Shown: positions 1 to 9,430, counted from the stretch's first letter. The stretch: DNA of 60,997 nt from an uncultured Lysobacter sp. (GCA_964576455.1 CAZNWZ010000001.1:1-60997), one strand, 5' to 3'. Translations and numbers: made by a program. Notes: a model not told the origin generated them from the letters alone.

Positions 1-60
1 GCCGAGGATGTCGTAGAGGGTGCGCTTCTGGACGGGCGCGGGGGCGGAAGGCGTGGCCAT
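1..60 (-). CDS. 5' end of a J-domain (DnaJ-class) protein gene, truncated by the window edge
   Basis: The reverse complement of 1..60 starts with ATG and reads MATPSAPAPVQKRTLYDILG. TLYDILG(V) is the usual opening of J-domain helix I. Only 20 codons are visible. Confidence 0.4.
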   Translation of the reverse strand, partial: MATPSAPAPVQKRTLYDILG

Positions 61-76
61 GGCCCTAATGATAGAA

Positions 77-133
77 GAAACGGGGTCAGGTTACTTTGCA
101 CAAGATTTGTGCAAAGTAACCTGACCCCGTTTC
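77..133. repeat. REP-like perfect palindrome, copy 1 of 3 (27-bp stem, 3-nt loop)
   Basis: The sequence is GAAACGGGGTCAGGTTACTTTGCACAA-GAT-TTGTGCAAAGTAACCTGACCCCGTTTC. It lies between the ygiD-like stop (135) and the J-domain gene start (60). Near-identical copies occur at 30209..30257 and 44292..44344. Confidence 0.9.
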
Positions 134-134
134 A

Positions 135-911
135 TCATTCGCCGAAGGCGTAGCAGTCCATGCCCAGCGAGCCCATGTCGAAGCCCAGGTTCATGCGGCG
201 AGCGGGCGTGCCGCCGGCGCCCAGGGCCACGAAGAAGGGCACGAGGTGGTCCTCGGTGGGGTGCGCGCGGCCGGCCTGCGGGGCGAGGCCGCGGTAGTCG
301 GCCAGCTCGTCGATCGCGTCGCGCGCCACCCGGTCCGCCATCCACTCGGCGAAGGACGCCGCCCACGGCTCCGGCGGGACCTGCCCGTCCGACCAGTCGA
401 GCTGCCCGAGGTTGTGCACGATGCCGCCGGAGCCCACCACCAGCACGCCCTCCGCGCGCAGGGGCGCGAGCGCCCGGCCGATCTCGAGGTGGTGGCGGGC
501 GCCCGCCTCCGACTGGATCGAGAGCTGGGTGACGGGGATGTCGGCGTCGGGATACATCCAGCGCAGGGGCACCCAGCCGCCGTGGTCGAGGCCGCGCTCC
601 GGGTCCACCGCCGGTTGCTGGCCGATGGCGCCCAGCAACTCGCCCACGCGCGAAGCCAGCGCGGGCGCCCCCGGCGGCGAGTAGCGCACGCGGTAGAGCG
701 CTTCGGGAAAGCCGCTGAAATCGTGGATCGTGTCCAGGCGGGCCGCCGCGGAGACCGCGGGGAACGGCGTGTCCCAGTGCGCCGAGACGACGAGGATCGC
801 CTCGGGCCGGCCGATGACCACCGCCAGCTCCGCCCAGGCGTGGGTGTAGAGGTTGTTGGCGAGCGCGAGGGTGGGCGCGCCGTGGGAAAGGAAGAGGGTC
901 GGGAGGGTCAT
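135..911 (-). CDS. ygiD: 4,5-DOPA dioxygenase extradiol family protein (YgiD-like), 258 aa
   Basis: The start is an internal ATG of the 636-aa ORF, in frame (777 nt). The N-terminus MTLPTLFLSHGAPT, the SAHW motif and the C-terminal HPTEDHLVPFFVALGAG are typical of class III extradiol dioxygenases of the YgiD type. The ATGA overlap with the upstream MFS stop at 908..911 supports this start. Confidence 0.8.
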   Translation of the reverse strand: MTLPTLFLSHGAPTLALANNLYTHAWAELAVVIGRPEAILVVSAHWDTPFPAVSAAARLDTIHDFSGFPEALYRVRYSPPGAPALASRVGELLGAIGQQPAVDPERGLDHGGWVPLRWMYPDADIPVTQLSIQSEAGARHHLEIGRALAPLRAEGVLVVGSGGIVHNLGQLDWSDGQVPPEPWAASFAEWMADRVARDAIDELADYRGLAPQAGRAHPTEDHLVPFFVALGAGGTPARRMNLGFDMGSLGMDCYAFGE

Positions 912-2203
912 GGCGGGTTTCCGTAGGCGGCGGCGTGTCCGCGACGCTCGTCCACCGCGGCGAGCAGGGCGATCGCGACGAGGAAGAATAACCCGGTCGC
1001 GAGGATGGCGAGGCGGTGGTCGCCCCCGGTCGCCCAGGTGACGGCCCCGTAGGTGACGGGCCCGAGGATCGAGGCGAGGCGCGTGGCCACCCCCCACATG
1101 CCGAAGAATTCCGCGCTTCGCTCCGGCGGCGAGAAGTAGGACACCAGCGCGCGTCCCGCCGACTGCGACGAGCCCATCGCGAGCCCGGCGAGGTTGGCCG
1201 CCGCCCAGAACATGGCCGGCGTGGTGGCCATCCCGGCCACGACGATCATCGCGAGCCAGGCGAAGAGCGTCACGCGCAGGGCCGGCACCTTGCCGATGCG
1301 GTCCTGCGCGTAGCCGAAGCCGAAGGCGCCGACGGCGGCCGTCACGTTCACGACCAGGACGAGCAGGATCGTGTCCTTCGTCTGGAACCCCATCACCTGC
1401 TGCGCGTAGATCGCGGCCAGCGCGATCACCGTCGCCACGCCCGCCTGGTAGAAGGTGCCGCAGGCGAACACGGCGAGGAGGTCGCGGTAGGCGAGGCTCT
1501 CGCGCGCGCTCCTCGCGAGGCGCGCGAACACGTGCGAGCGGCGCTCCGTCGGGGGCACGGGCACCGCGCGCTCTCGCAGCAGCGCGAACGTGGCGAGCGA
1601 GGCCAGGGCGAAGACCGCCGCGGTGATGAGCATCGTGCCGGGGACCGCCTGCGCGGCCGTGGCGCCGCGCGCGGGCGCGCCCAGCACCCAGGCGAGGCAC
1701 AGCGCCAGCGTGAGGATGCCGCCCAGGTAGCCCACGCTCCAGCCCCAGCCCGAGACCTTGCCCACGTCGGCGGGCCGCGCGAGCTCGGGCAGGAACGCCG
1801 CCACCAGGTTCTCGCCGAGCGCGAAGGCGACGTTCGAGACGACGATGAAGGCGCACGCCCACGCGACGTCGCCGGGGCCCGCGCCCGCGAGCATTGCCGT
1901 GCCCGCCACGCACGCCACGGTGGTCGCCGCGAGGGCGTGCTTCTTGGCCGCGCGGGCGTCGGCCCAGGCGCCCACGACGGGGCCCGCGGCCATCACGATG
2001 GCGTACGAGGCCGCCAGCGCCAGGGTCCAGGCGAAGGTCGCCCACGGCGCGTTGCCCGCGACGGTCGAGACGAAGTACGCGTTGAAGACGGCGGTGAGGA
2101 CCACCGTGGTGTAGCCGGAATTGGCGAAGTCGTACATCGCCCAGCCGAACACCTCGCGGCGCGCGACGCCGGGGTTCAGGGGCGAAGCGGCCTCAGGCGC
2201 CAC
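908..2203 (-). CDS. MFS transporter, UMF1/Atg22-like family, 431 aa
   Basis: Its N-terminus EVFGWAMYDFANSGYTTVVLTAVFNAYF is characteristic of UMF1 MFS proteins, and there are about 12 hydrophobic segments. It is translationally coupled to ygiD. Confidence 0.75.
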   Translation of the reverse strand: MAPEAASPLNPGVARREVFGWAMYDFANSGYTTVVLTAVFNAYFVSTVAGNAPWATFAWTLALAASYAIVMAAGPVVGAWADARAAKKHALAATTVACVAGTAMLAGAGPGDVAWACAFIVVSNVAFALGENLVAAFLPELARPADVGKVSGWGWSVGYLGGILTLALCLAWVLGAPARGATAAQAVPGTMLITAAVFALASLATFALLRERAVPVPPTERRSHVFARLARSARESLAYRDLLAVFACGTFYQAGVATVIALAAIYAQQVMGFQTKDTILLVLVVNVTAAVGAFGFGYAQDRIGKVPALRVTLFAWLAMIVVAGMATTPAMFWAAANLAGLAMGSSQSAGRALVSYFSPPERSAEFFGMWGVATRLASILGPVTYGAVTWATGGDHRLAILATGLFFLVAIALLAAVDERRGHAAAYGNPP

Positions 2204-3569
2204 GGGCCTTGCGCCCGAGCGCCGCCAGGGCCTCCTCGAGCTCCCGGTCGCGCTCCACCGCGAGGTCGGCGACCGACAGCGCGACGGGCACGTCGGGCAC
2301 CACGCCCTCGCCCTCGATGCGCTTGCCGTCGGGGAAGACGAAGCCCAGCTCGCTGTAGGCGAGCTTGCCGCCGCCGGGAACCTCCGCGTAGCCCATGAAG
2401 CCCAGCAGGCACCCGCAGGTGGTCTGCCCGACGATCGTCGCGCGCCCGCGCGACTTGAGCATCCCCGCGAAGAGTTCGCTGCCGCTGCCGCTGCCGGCGT
2501 TCACGAGCACCGCTACCGGGCCGGCGTAGGTGCCGGCGCCCTCGAGCTCCTGCTTGATCTTGATGAGCTCGATCCAGTCGAAGGCGATCGTGATGGGCTT
2601 GCCCTCGCGGGTGAGCGATCGGCCGAACTCGACCTTCTCGTCCTTGGGGAAGAGGTGCGCGGCCACGTTGCGGACCATGAGCGCCGAGCCGCCGGGATTG
2701 TCGCGCAGGTCGATCACGAGGCCGGGCGTCTTCTTCAGCGCCTCGAGGGCCGCGACCATCCGGCCCTGCAGCGGCTGCGACCAGGCGCTGAGGCGGATGT
2801 AGCCGTGTCCCGAGGCGAGGACGCGGTGCGTGACGCGCGGCGGGCTCGCCACGCGCTTGCGCTCGAGCGAGGCCGCGAGCGCGGTGCCGTCGGTGCGCGT
2901 GAAGCCGAAGTCCAGGCGCTTGCCCTCGTCCCGGCCGAGGATGCGGCGCACGGCGCCGCGGTGCCTTGCCTGCGGCGTCGAGCTCTCGCGCGAGTGCGAG
3001 AGCGCGCGCTCGTAGGCAACCTGCGCCGGCTCCGCGCCGATGGTGGCGAGCGTCATCCCGGGCCGCACGCCCGCCCACCACGCGTCGGAATCGCGATCGA
3101 CGCGCGTCACGACGAGGCGCCCCTCGAGGGGCGCGAAGGTGAACCCCGCCGTGATGGACTCGTGGCGCTGGATCTGCTCGGCGCGGGCCGGCGACTCCAC
3201 GCGCGTGTGCGCGTCGCGCATCTCGCCGGCCATGCGGTCGAGCAGGTCCCAGAACTCCTCGTCGCTCGCCGCCGCGAGGGCGAGCGGCTCCCAGCGGCCG
3301 CGCGCGGCGCGCCAGTCCACGCCGTTGAGCTTCGGGTCGTAGTAGCGCTCGTTCACCGTGTTCCAGACGAAGTCGAGCGCCGCCCGGCGGCCGGGCTCGC
3401 CCAGCCCCGCGTAGGCGGGCGGGGGCACCGGCACCGCGGGCGGGGCGCCCGGCGAGGGCGGCTGGCGCGAGACCAGGTTGTAAGGATCGATGGCCGCGCA
3501 GGCCGAGGCGAGGGCGGCGGCGAGGACGAGGGCGGCGGTGCGCGGGATCGGCATTGTCGGCAGGGCCAC
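2193..3569 (-). CDS. S41 family (C-terminal processing/tail-specific type) peptidase, secreted or lipoprotein-like, 458 aa
   Basis: There is a signal peptide ending LASAC, a PDZ-like middle region, DLRDNPGGS and a NAGSGSGSE serine motif. It overlaps the MFS start by 11 nt. Confidence 0.75.
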   Translation of the reverse strand: MALPTMPIPRTAALVLAAALASACAAIDPYNLVSRQPPSPGAPPAVPVPPPAYAGLGEPGRRAALDFVWNTVNERYYDPKLNGVDWRAARGRWEPLALAAASDEEFWDLLDRMAGEMRDAHTRVESPARAEQIQRHESITAGFTFAPLEGRLVVTRVDRDSDAWWAGVRPGMTLATIGAEPAQVAYERALSHSRESSTPQARHRGAVRRILGRDEGKRLDFGFTRTDGTALAASLERKRVASPPRVTHRVLASGHGYIRLSAWSQPLQGRMVAALEALKKTPGLVIDLRDNPGGSALMVRNVAAHLFPKDEKVEFGRSLTREGKPITIAFDWIELIKIKQELEGAGTYAGPVAVLVNAGSGSGSELFAGMLKSRGRATIVGQTTCGCLLGFMGYAEVPGGGKLAYSELGFVFPDGKRIEGEGVVPDVPVALSVADLAVERDRELEEALAALGRKARGA

Positions 3570-3661
3570 GGGGCAGGGCTCGGGACTGGGGGCGGCGGGC
3601 CGGGCGAAACGCGGCTAGACTGTGGCGAGACGCCCTCGCGGCGAGGATAACCGATAACGAC

Positions 3662-4411
3662 ATGCGTCCGGCGCACCCCCTCTGCCTCGCGGCACTGCTC
3701 GCGGGCGCCTGCGCGAGCGTGCCGCCGCCCGCCCCGCCGGTGGCCGGCCCGGTGCCGCACCCGACGGCCTTTTCCGCCGCGACCTCCCTCGAGGGGCTGC
3801 CGTCCGGATGGAAGCCCTACCGCATCAGCCGGCTCAAGAAGCCGACCGAGTACCGGCTCGTGGCCAAGGAGGGGACGGTCGCGATGCAGGCCACGGCCGA
3901 TGCCTCGGCCTCGGGGCTGCACTTCGACACGCTCGTCGATCCGCGCGACTTTCCGTGGCTGCGGTGGCGGTGGAAGATCCCGGCGCTCAACGCCAAGGCC
4001 GACAACACGCTCGCGCACGTGGAGGACTCGCCCGCGCGCGTGATCGTGGTCTTCGAGGGCGGGCGCGAGAAGCTGTCCCCGGAAGAGCAGATGAACTTCG
4101 ACCTCGCGAAGGCGATGAGCGGCAACGACCTGCCGTACGCCACGCTCATGTACATCTGGGAGAACCGCCTGCCGGAGGGCGCCCTCATCCCGCACCACTT
4201 CACGACGCGCATCAAGATGATCGTGGCCGCCAGCGGGCACGACGGCGTGGGCGCGTGGAACGAGGAGCGCGTCAACGTGCTGGAGGACTACCGGCGCGCC
4301 TTCCGGGAGGAGCCGCCGCGCATCCGCGCGATCGGCATCATGAGCGACTCGGACAACACCGGCGAGCGAACGGTCGCCTGGTTCGGCGACATCCGGTTCG
4401 AGCGCCCCTAG
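3662..4411 (+). CDS. DUF3047 domain-containing secreted protein, 249 aa
   Basis: The start is an in-frame ATG 36 codons into ORF 3554..4411 and gives the signal peptide MRPAHPLCLAALLAGACASV. The body (TEYRLVAKEGTVAMQATADASASGL, WRWKIPA, PARVIVVFEG) matches my recollection of DUF3047. Confidence 0.65.
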   Translation: MRPAHPLCLAALLAGACASVPPPAPPVAGPVPHPTAFSAATSLEGLPSGWKPYRISRLKKPTEYRLVAKEGTVAMQATADASASGLHFDTLVDPRDFPWLRWRWKIPALNAKADNTLAHVEDSPARVIVVFEGGREKLSPEEQMNFDLAKAMSGNDLPYATLMYIWENRLPEGALIPHHFTTRIKMIVAASGHDGVGAWNEERVNVLEDYRRAFREEPPRIRAIGIMSDSDNTGERTVAWFGDIRFERP

Positions 4412-4423
4412 GGCGCCGGAGCG

Positions 4424-5128
4424 CTACTTCTTCGCCGCCTGGGCCGGCGCGGGAGCCGTGGCCGTCCCGCTGTCCGCGGCGGGGCAAGGCACGGCGCGAA
4501 GCGTCGAGGCCGCGTGCTCGCGCTGCAGGAGCGCGAGCCGCGCGACCAGCTCGGTATCGGGCTCGCGCACCAGGAACACCGAGTCCTTCACCTCCTTCGA
4601 GAACGGTCCCACCTGCACGCCCTTGGCGCCCTTGGCCTCGACGAGCCCGAGGTAGCGCCGCGCCGCGTCCTCGGTGGAGAACACGCCGAGCGAGATGGCG
4701 TGGTCGGGCCGCAGGGAGAGGTCGGTGATGCCCTGGCGCCGCAGGGTCGAGACCGTCTGCTCCGCCGTGCGGCGGTCGCGGGCGGCGGGGACGTGGACCC
4801 AGTAACGCGTGATCTCCTCGACGCGGCGCTCGACGAGCCGGTCGCCCAGCTGCATGGCCGCGAAGGCCTCGCGCGCCTGGGGAAGCTCCGCCAGCGCCAC
4901 GCCGGCGAACTCCACGCAGGCCGCGCCCGCGAGCGACTGCACCTGGGCGCGCGTCTCCTCGGCCTTGCGCGCGGCGATGAGCGGCGGGATGACCGCGACC
5001 AGCTTCGCCTCGTCGCGGTTCCTCTCGCGGCGCGAGAAGTCCGGCTCGGCCGGCTCCGCGGTGAGCCACAGGTGCGCGCCGAAGGCGAGGTTGGCGACCA
5101 GGAGGATGAAGAAGAGGAAGCGGGACAC
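4424..5128 (-). CDS. SPOR domain-containing membrane protein, 234 aa
   Basis: The start is an in-frame GTG giving an N-terminal TM helix (V/M)SRFLFFILLVANLAFGAHLWL. The C-terminal SPOR-like repeat is ISLGVFSTEDAARRYLGLVEAKG. It follows coaX by 8 nt, matching the conserved birA-coaX-SPOR order in betaproteobacteria. Confidence 0.65.
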   Translation of the reverse strand: MSRFLFFILLVANLAFGAHLWLTAEPAEPDFSRRERNRDEAKLVAVIPPLIAARKAEETRAQVQSLAGAACVEFAGVALAELPQAREAFAAMQLGDRLVERRVEEITRYWVHVPAARDRRTAEQTVSTLRRQGITDLSLRPDHAISLGVFSTEDAARRYLGLVEAKGAKGVQVGPFSKEVKDSVFLVREPDTELVARLALLQREHAASTLRAVPCPAADSGTATAPAPAQAAKK

Positions 5129-5136
5129 CGCAGGGC

Positions 5137-5874
5137 TCAGGGGTGGCGGGCGAGGAGGACCAGGCCGTCGAGGACGAGATTGTCGTTCAAGGTGACGGGC
5201 ATGGGAAGGTGGGGCGCGAGCTCGGGCGCCGCGCCTCCCGAGAGCAGGATGCGCCGCGGCGCGGAACCCGCCGCCGCGAGCGCGGCGTGCATGCGCTCGA
5301 TCGCGCCCACGGCGGCCTGCACGGAGCCCGTGGTGATGGCGTCGGGCGTGCTCTTCGGGAAGGGGTCGAAGGCGCCCTCGGTGAGGCGGAGCTGCGCGGT
5401 GCCGCCGCCCAGGCTGCGGCGCATGAGGGCGGGGCCCGGGACGATGAGGCCGCCCGCGAAGAGGCCGTCGGCCCGCAGCGCGTCCACGGTGAGCGCCGTG
5501 CCCGCGTTCACCACGAGCTGGTCCACGGGCGAGTCGTGGTGCGCGGCGAGGAGCGCCGCCCAGCGGTCCGTGCCCAGCTGCGAGAAGTCGCGATAGCCGT
5601 TCCGCACGCCCAGCCGCTCGCGCGCGGAGGCGATGAGCGAGAGGACGATGCCGTGGCGGGCGCAGGCCTCGTGCAGGAGCGACAGGACGGCCGGGCCGCC
5701 GACGTTGGAGCCGAGCGCGACCGTGCCCGGCGGCAGCGCGGGCCAGTCGCGCCCCAGCTTTCCGGCCTCGGCCGTCTCGACCGCGCCGCGCGCGGCCCAC
5801 GCCTCGCCCACGCGAAGGCCCCACTTCACGCGCGTGTTGCCGGCGTCGAGGGCGAGGACGGGAATGGCGCTCAT
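5137..5874 (-). CDS. coaX: Type III pantothenate kinase, 245 aa
   Basis: It starts at an internal ATG of the 578-aa ORF. The sequence LALDAGNTRVKWG is an ASKHA phosphate-1 motif, followed by VNAGTALTVD and ITTGSV. The start overlaps the birA stop as ATGA. Confidence 0.85.
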   Translation of the reverse strand: MSAIPVLALDAGNTRVKWGLRVGEAWAARGAVETAEAGKLGRDWPALPPGTVALGSNVGGPAVLSLLHEACARHGIVLSLIASARERLGVRNGYRDFSQLGTDRWAALLAAHHDSPVDQLVVNAGTALTVDALRADGLFAGGLIVPGPALMRRSLGGGTAQLRLTEGAFDPFPKSTPDAITTGSVQAAVGAIERMHAALAAAGSAPRRILLSGGAAPELAPHLPMPVTLNDNLVLDGLVLLARHP

Positions 5875-6845
5875 GCGGGCCGCAGCGAGATCTCGGCGGA
5901 GGTGAGGCGCTCGGTGTGGCCGTCCGCCGCGACCAGGAGCGCGCCGTCGGCGGCCACGCCCACCACCTTCACCTCGCGCGAGGACTCGTCGCCGGCCGTC
6001 ACGGTCACGCGGCGGTCCGCGTAGGCGTGGCGTGCCTTCCACTCGTCGCGGAACGCGGCGAACCCCCCCTGCGCGAAGCGCTCCATCGCGGCGACGAGCT
6101 CGGCGAGCAGGAGCGCGAGGAGCGCGTTGCGGGAGGGCAGGGGGCCGCCGCACGAGGCGATGTCCGTCGCCGGCTGGTCGATGCGCCGCGCGAGCGCCTC
6201 CCCCAGCCGGTAGTTCAGGCCGATGCCCACGATCGCGGCCGTGGGCCCGAGCATCTCGCCGGTGGTCTCCACGAGGATGCCGCCGAGCTTCCTCCAGTCG
6301 TGCACGAGGTCGTTGGGCCACTTCACGCCCACGCCGGGCACGCCGGCGCTTTCGAGCGCCCGCGTGGCCGCCACCGCGACGGCGAGGGGCAGGCCGGCGA
6401 GGTGCCCCGGGCCCTGGTCGAAGCGCCACAGCATCGAGAAGGTGAGCGAGTCGCCCAGCCCCGCCTGCCAGGCGCGGCCGCGCCGGCCGCGTCCCGCGCG
6501 CTGCCACTCCGCGGCCACGCAGGTGCCGGAGGGCGCGCCGGCCTGCGCGAGGCTCGCCAGGCGCGTGCTCGTGGAATCCACCTCGTCCAGCAGCGTGAGG
6601 CGGATGCGCGAGGCCGCCGGCCCCAGGCGGGAGACGATCGCGTGGGCGTCGAGGAACTCCACCGGCTCGGCGAGCCGGTAGCCCTTGCCAGGCACGGAGA
6701 AGACCTCGATCCCGAGGTCGCGCGCCCCCTTGAGCGTATCCGACACCGCGGCGCGCGAGCGCTCGAGGCGCCGCGCGATGTCCGCGCCGGAGTGGAAGTG
6801 GCCGTCGGCCAGCAGCCGCAGCGCCTGGAAGGTGAGCGGCCCCAT
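5871..6845 (-). CDS. birA: Bifunctional biotin--[acetyl-CoA-carboxylase] ligase / biotin operon repressor, 324 aa
   Basis: There is an N-terminal winged HTH (ALRLLADGHFHSGADIARRL), the biotin-binding loop GRGRRGRAW and the KWPNDL motif. Confidence 0.9.
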   Translation of the reverse strand: MGPLTFQALRLLADGHFHSGADIARRLERSRAAVSDTLKGARDLGIEVFSVPGKGYRLAEPVEFLDAHAIVSRLGPAASRIRLTLLDEVDSTSTRLASLAQAGAPSGTCVAAEWQRAGRGRRGRAWQAGLGDSLTFSMLWRFDQGPGHLAGLPLAVAVAATRALESAGVPGVGVKWPNDLVHDWRKLGGILVETTGEMLGPTAAIVGIGLNYRLGEALARRIDQPATDIASCGGPLPSRNALLALLLAELVAAMERFAQGGFAAFRDEWKARHAYADRRVTVTAGDESSREVKVVGVAADGALLVAADGHTERLTSAEISLRPA

Positions 6846-7718
6846 CTACCTGGCGCGGTGCTCCGCGCGGCACTCGAAGGCCTCGCGGCGGTAGGCGATG
6901 TCGGCGACCACGGCGTCGAGCAGCAGCTCCATGCGCCGCGAGAGCTTGCTCGCCTTGCGGTAGTCGGCCTCGGCGACGAAGTCGGCGCGCCCCGCCTCCA
7001 GCAGCTTCACGCAGGTGACCTTGTCGCGCTCGCGCTCGCCGCCGTACACCGCGACGGTGTGCCCGCCGCTCTTCTTGGTGAGCGCCATCGAGGGCACGTC
7101 CGTCATGCCGTCGCCCACGTAGATCATGTTCTGGAAGGGGATGGGGCGCTCGGACTCGGGCATGTGCTCGTTGATCGACTCGGTGACCGCCTCCTTGCCC
7201 TTGTTGATGCGGAAGAGGAACTGCGTCTTCACCGTGTCGGTCACGAGGAGCTTGGGGAAGGTGGCCACGCCGTGGTGGTTGAAGTGGTACTCGGAGGCAT
7301 AGATGCGCCGGAAGTGCCGGCGGATCGACACGCCGTCGAGGATCTCCTTCTGCCCGGCGGAGATGAGGTAGTGGTGCAGCTTCACCTTGCCGCCGCTCCT
7401 GCGGCGCACGTAGGCGTTCATGCGCGCGAACCAGCCCTCCACGCCGGGGAAGTAGCGGATGGCCTTCGCCATGCGCGCGAAGTCCTCGCGCTTCACGGCG
7501 ATCTTCTGCCGCTCCAGGGTCTCGAGGATGTGGCGCAGGTACACCAGCATCATGTCGGACTCGGTCGCGCGCGCCTCCTCGTTCACCCGGTCCCAGAACT
7601 CGCGCGGAACCACCCCCATGCGCGGCAGCACGGTGTACTCCTGCATCGGCTGCGGCGAGAGCGTGCCGTCGAAGTCGTAGACGATCGCGATCGTGTTCTG
7701 GAAGAAGCGGGGCGGCAT
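6846..7718 (-). CDS. HAD superfamily hydrolase (SerB-like HAD fold), 290 aa
   Basis: HAD motif I is YDFDGTL, motif II is ISAG and motif IV is VGDGMTDVPS. The stop TAG (6846..6848) directly abuts the birA ATG. GC is visibly lower than in neighbours (57% in one sampled 60-nt line). Confidence 0.7.
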   Translation of the reverse strand: MPPRFFQNTIAIVYDFDGTLSPQPMQEYTVLPRMGVVPREFWDRVNEEARATESDMMLVYLRHILETLERQKIAVKREDFARMAKAIRYFPGVEGWFARMNAYVRRRSGGKVKLHHYLISAGQKEILDGVSIRRHFRRIYASEYHFNHHGVATFPKLLVTDTVKTQFLFRINKGKEAVTESINEHMPESERPIPFQNMIYVGDGMTDVPSMALTKKSGGHTVAVYGGERERDKVTCVKLLEAGRADFVAEADYRKASKLSRRMELLLDAVVADIAYRREAFECRAEHRAR

Positions 7719-7771
7719 GGGGCCATTCTAGCCGGAAGTGCCCGCGGCTCCGGCGCGTGCCGGGCGCGGTC

Positions 7772-9430
7772 CTAGCGGTCCGCGGGGGCGGGAATCGCCT
7801 TCCAGGCGTCCTTTTCCTGCCGGAAGAGGAACCTCTCCCCCTGCCCCGCCACGACGGCGGCCTCGCTCTCGGCGACGAAGTCGGTCTCCGGAATGCCCGC
7901 GACGTAGTCGCCGGGCCGGAAGCCCTCGGCGCCGAAGGGCGGCTTCTCGAGCATCCGGGCGAGCAGGTGCGACATCGCGAGGTAGCTCGTCGGCGCGTCC
8001 ACCCGCACGGGCTCGCCGACCCGCCGCGCGCCGGGGCCGATCACGCGGATGCCCACCGGCACGCGCGTGATCGCCGGCGTGGGGATCTCGCGCAGGCCGG
8101 AGATCTGGATGGCGTCGCCCCGCCAGGCGGCGCCGTGCTCGGGAACCAGGACCACGACCGTCCGCCGCCCGCTCGCCTCGAGCCTCTTGAGGAAGGCCTC
8201 GAGGTCGGCGAGCAGCTTCGCCTGCCGCGCCGGATAGGTCTCGCGGCTGTTCCGGCCGGGGTCCGAGACCAACCGGTTGCCGTCGTGCAGGCTGACGGTG
8301 TTGTAGAACGCGGCCACGCGCGGGGCCGCGGACTTCCGGCGCGCCTCCTGCCAGCGCGTGAGGACCGCGAGGTCGTCGTGGATCTGCGACTCGTCGAAGG
8401 AGCGCTGCGGCGCGGGGATGCCCTGCAGCGGCATCGGGGGAGCCGACACGCCCTGCAGGCGCACGTACTTGAGGAAGTCGTCGAAATGGCCGTCGTGGTT
8501 GAGCACGAGGCTCGTCTCGAACCCCGCGCCCTCCAGCCCCGCCATGAGGAGGCATCCCGGCCCGGACGGCTCGTACAGGGCGCGTTGCGGCACCTGGCCG
8601 CAGGGGGCGCGCAGGAACCGGATCACGGACGGCCCGCTGTAGGTCGAGGCGGAATTGAAGTTCGCGAGGACGATGTCGAGGCTCGCGAGGAGCGGGTGCC
8701 GGTCCTGCCCGGTCGCGCGCAGGTCGTCCCACGAGAGCGAGCACACGTGCAGCAGCAGGAGGTCGAACGGCTCGCTGCCCGCGGGCGGCTTCGGGAAGGC
8801 AATGGCGCGCCCGGCCTCGCGGCGGTAGAACGCCTCGAGCTGCTGGTCCGGCGTGGCCGGCGGCGTCCCCGCGGCCGGCGGCACCGACGCGGAGGCCATG
8901 CCGCCGGACTGCGGCAGCGGGGAAGAGGGCAGCACGCCCGCGGCGAGGACGGCGATGGCCACCAGGGCGTCGAGGCGCACGAAGCGCGCGGCGACGAGAT
9001 ACGCCGCGAGCGCGATCGCGAGCAGGAGCACCACGGGCCCGCTCACGAAGCGTCCCGCGAGCTCCGCGAGGTACGCGGCGCTGAAGCCGGCCACGAGCCC
9101 CGCCTTTTCCGCGACGCGCGAGGCACTGGGCAGCCAGGAGTCGTAGTAGAGCAGGGCGAGCGCGACGGGCGCGGCGACGAGGTGGCGCGCCCGGCGCCAT
9201 CGCGGCGAGGCGAGGGGAACGGCGAGCGCGGCCAGGAAGACGAGGTTCTCGACGGCGTGGAATCCGATCAGCCCGCGCCAGAAGAGCAGGAGCTTCGCGA
9301 GGAAGTAGAAATTCCACGCGCCCAGCAGGTCCGACGCGCGGCGCCAGCCCAGGAGCGGCACGGAGGATCCCGGTTCCCCCGCGGGGGCGCCGTCATCGGT
9401 CTTGCGCGGGGATTGCGGGGGAGCTTGCAT
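7772..9430 (-). CDS. bcsG: Cellulose biosynthesis protein BcsG (phosphoethanolamine transferase family), 552 aa
   Basis: The N-terminal membrane region has GAWNFYFLAKLLLFWRGLIGFH..NLVFLAAL, closely resembling the E. coli BcsG N-terminus as I recall it. The C-terminal half is alkaline-phosphatase/sulfatase-like. It is divergent from the bcsB-bcsC genes. Confidence 0.75.
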   Translation of the reverse strand: MQAPPQSPRKTDDGAPAGEPGSSVPLLGWRRASDLLGAWNFYFLAKLLLFWRGLIGFHAVENLVFLAALAVPLASPRWRRARHLVAAPVALALLYYDSWLPSASRVAEKAGLVAGFSAAYLAELAGRFVSGPVVLLLAIALAAYLVAARFVRLDALVAIAVLAAGVLPSSPLPQSGGMASASVPPAAGTPPATPDQQLEAFYRREAGRAIAFPKPPAGSEPFDLLLLHVCSLSWDDLRATGQDRHPLLASLDIVLANFNSASTYSGPSVIRFLRAPCGQVPQRALYEPSGPGCLLMAGLEGAGFETSLVLNHDGHFDDFLKYVRLQGVSAPPMPLQGIPAPQRSFDESQIHDDLAVLTRWQEARRKSAAPRVAAFYNTVSLHDGNRLVSDPGRNSRETYPARQAKLLADLEAFLKRLEASGRRTVVVLVPEHGAAWRGDAIQISGLREIPTPAITRVPVGIRVIGPGARRVGEPVRVDAPTSYLAMSHLLARMLEKPPFGAEGFRPGDYVAGIPETDFVAESEAAVVAGQGERFLFRQEKDAWKAIPAPADR

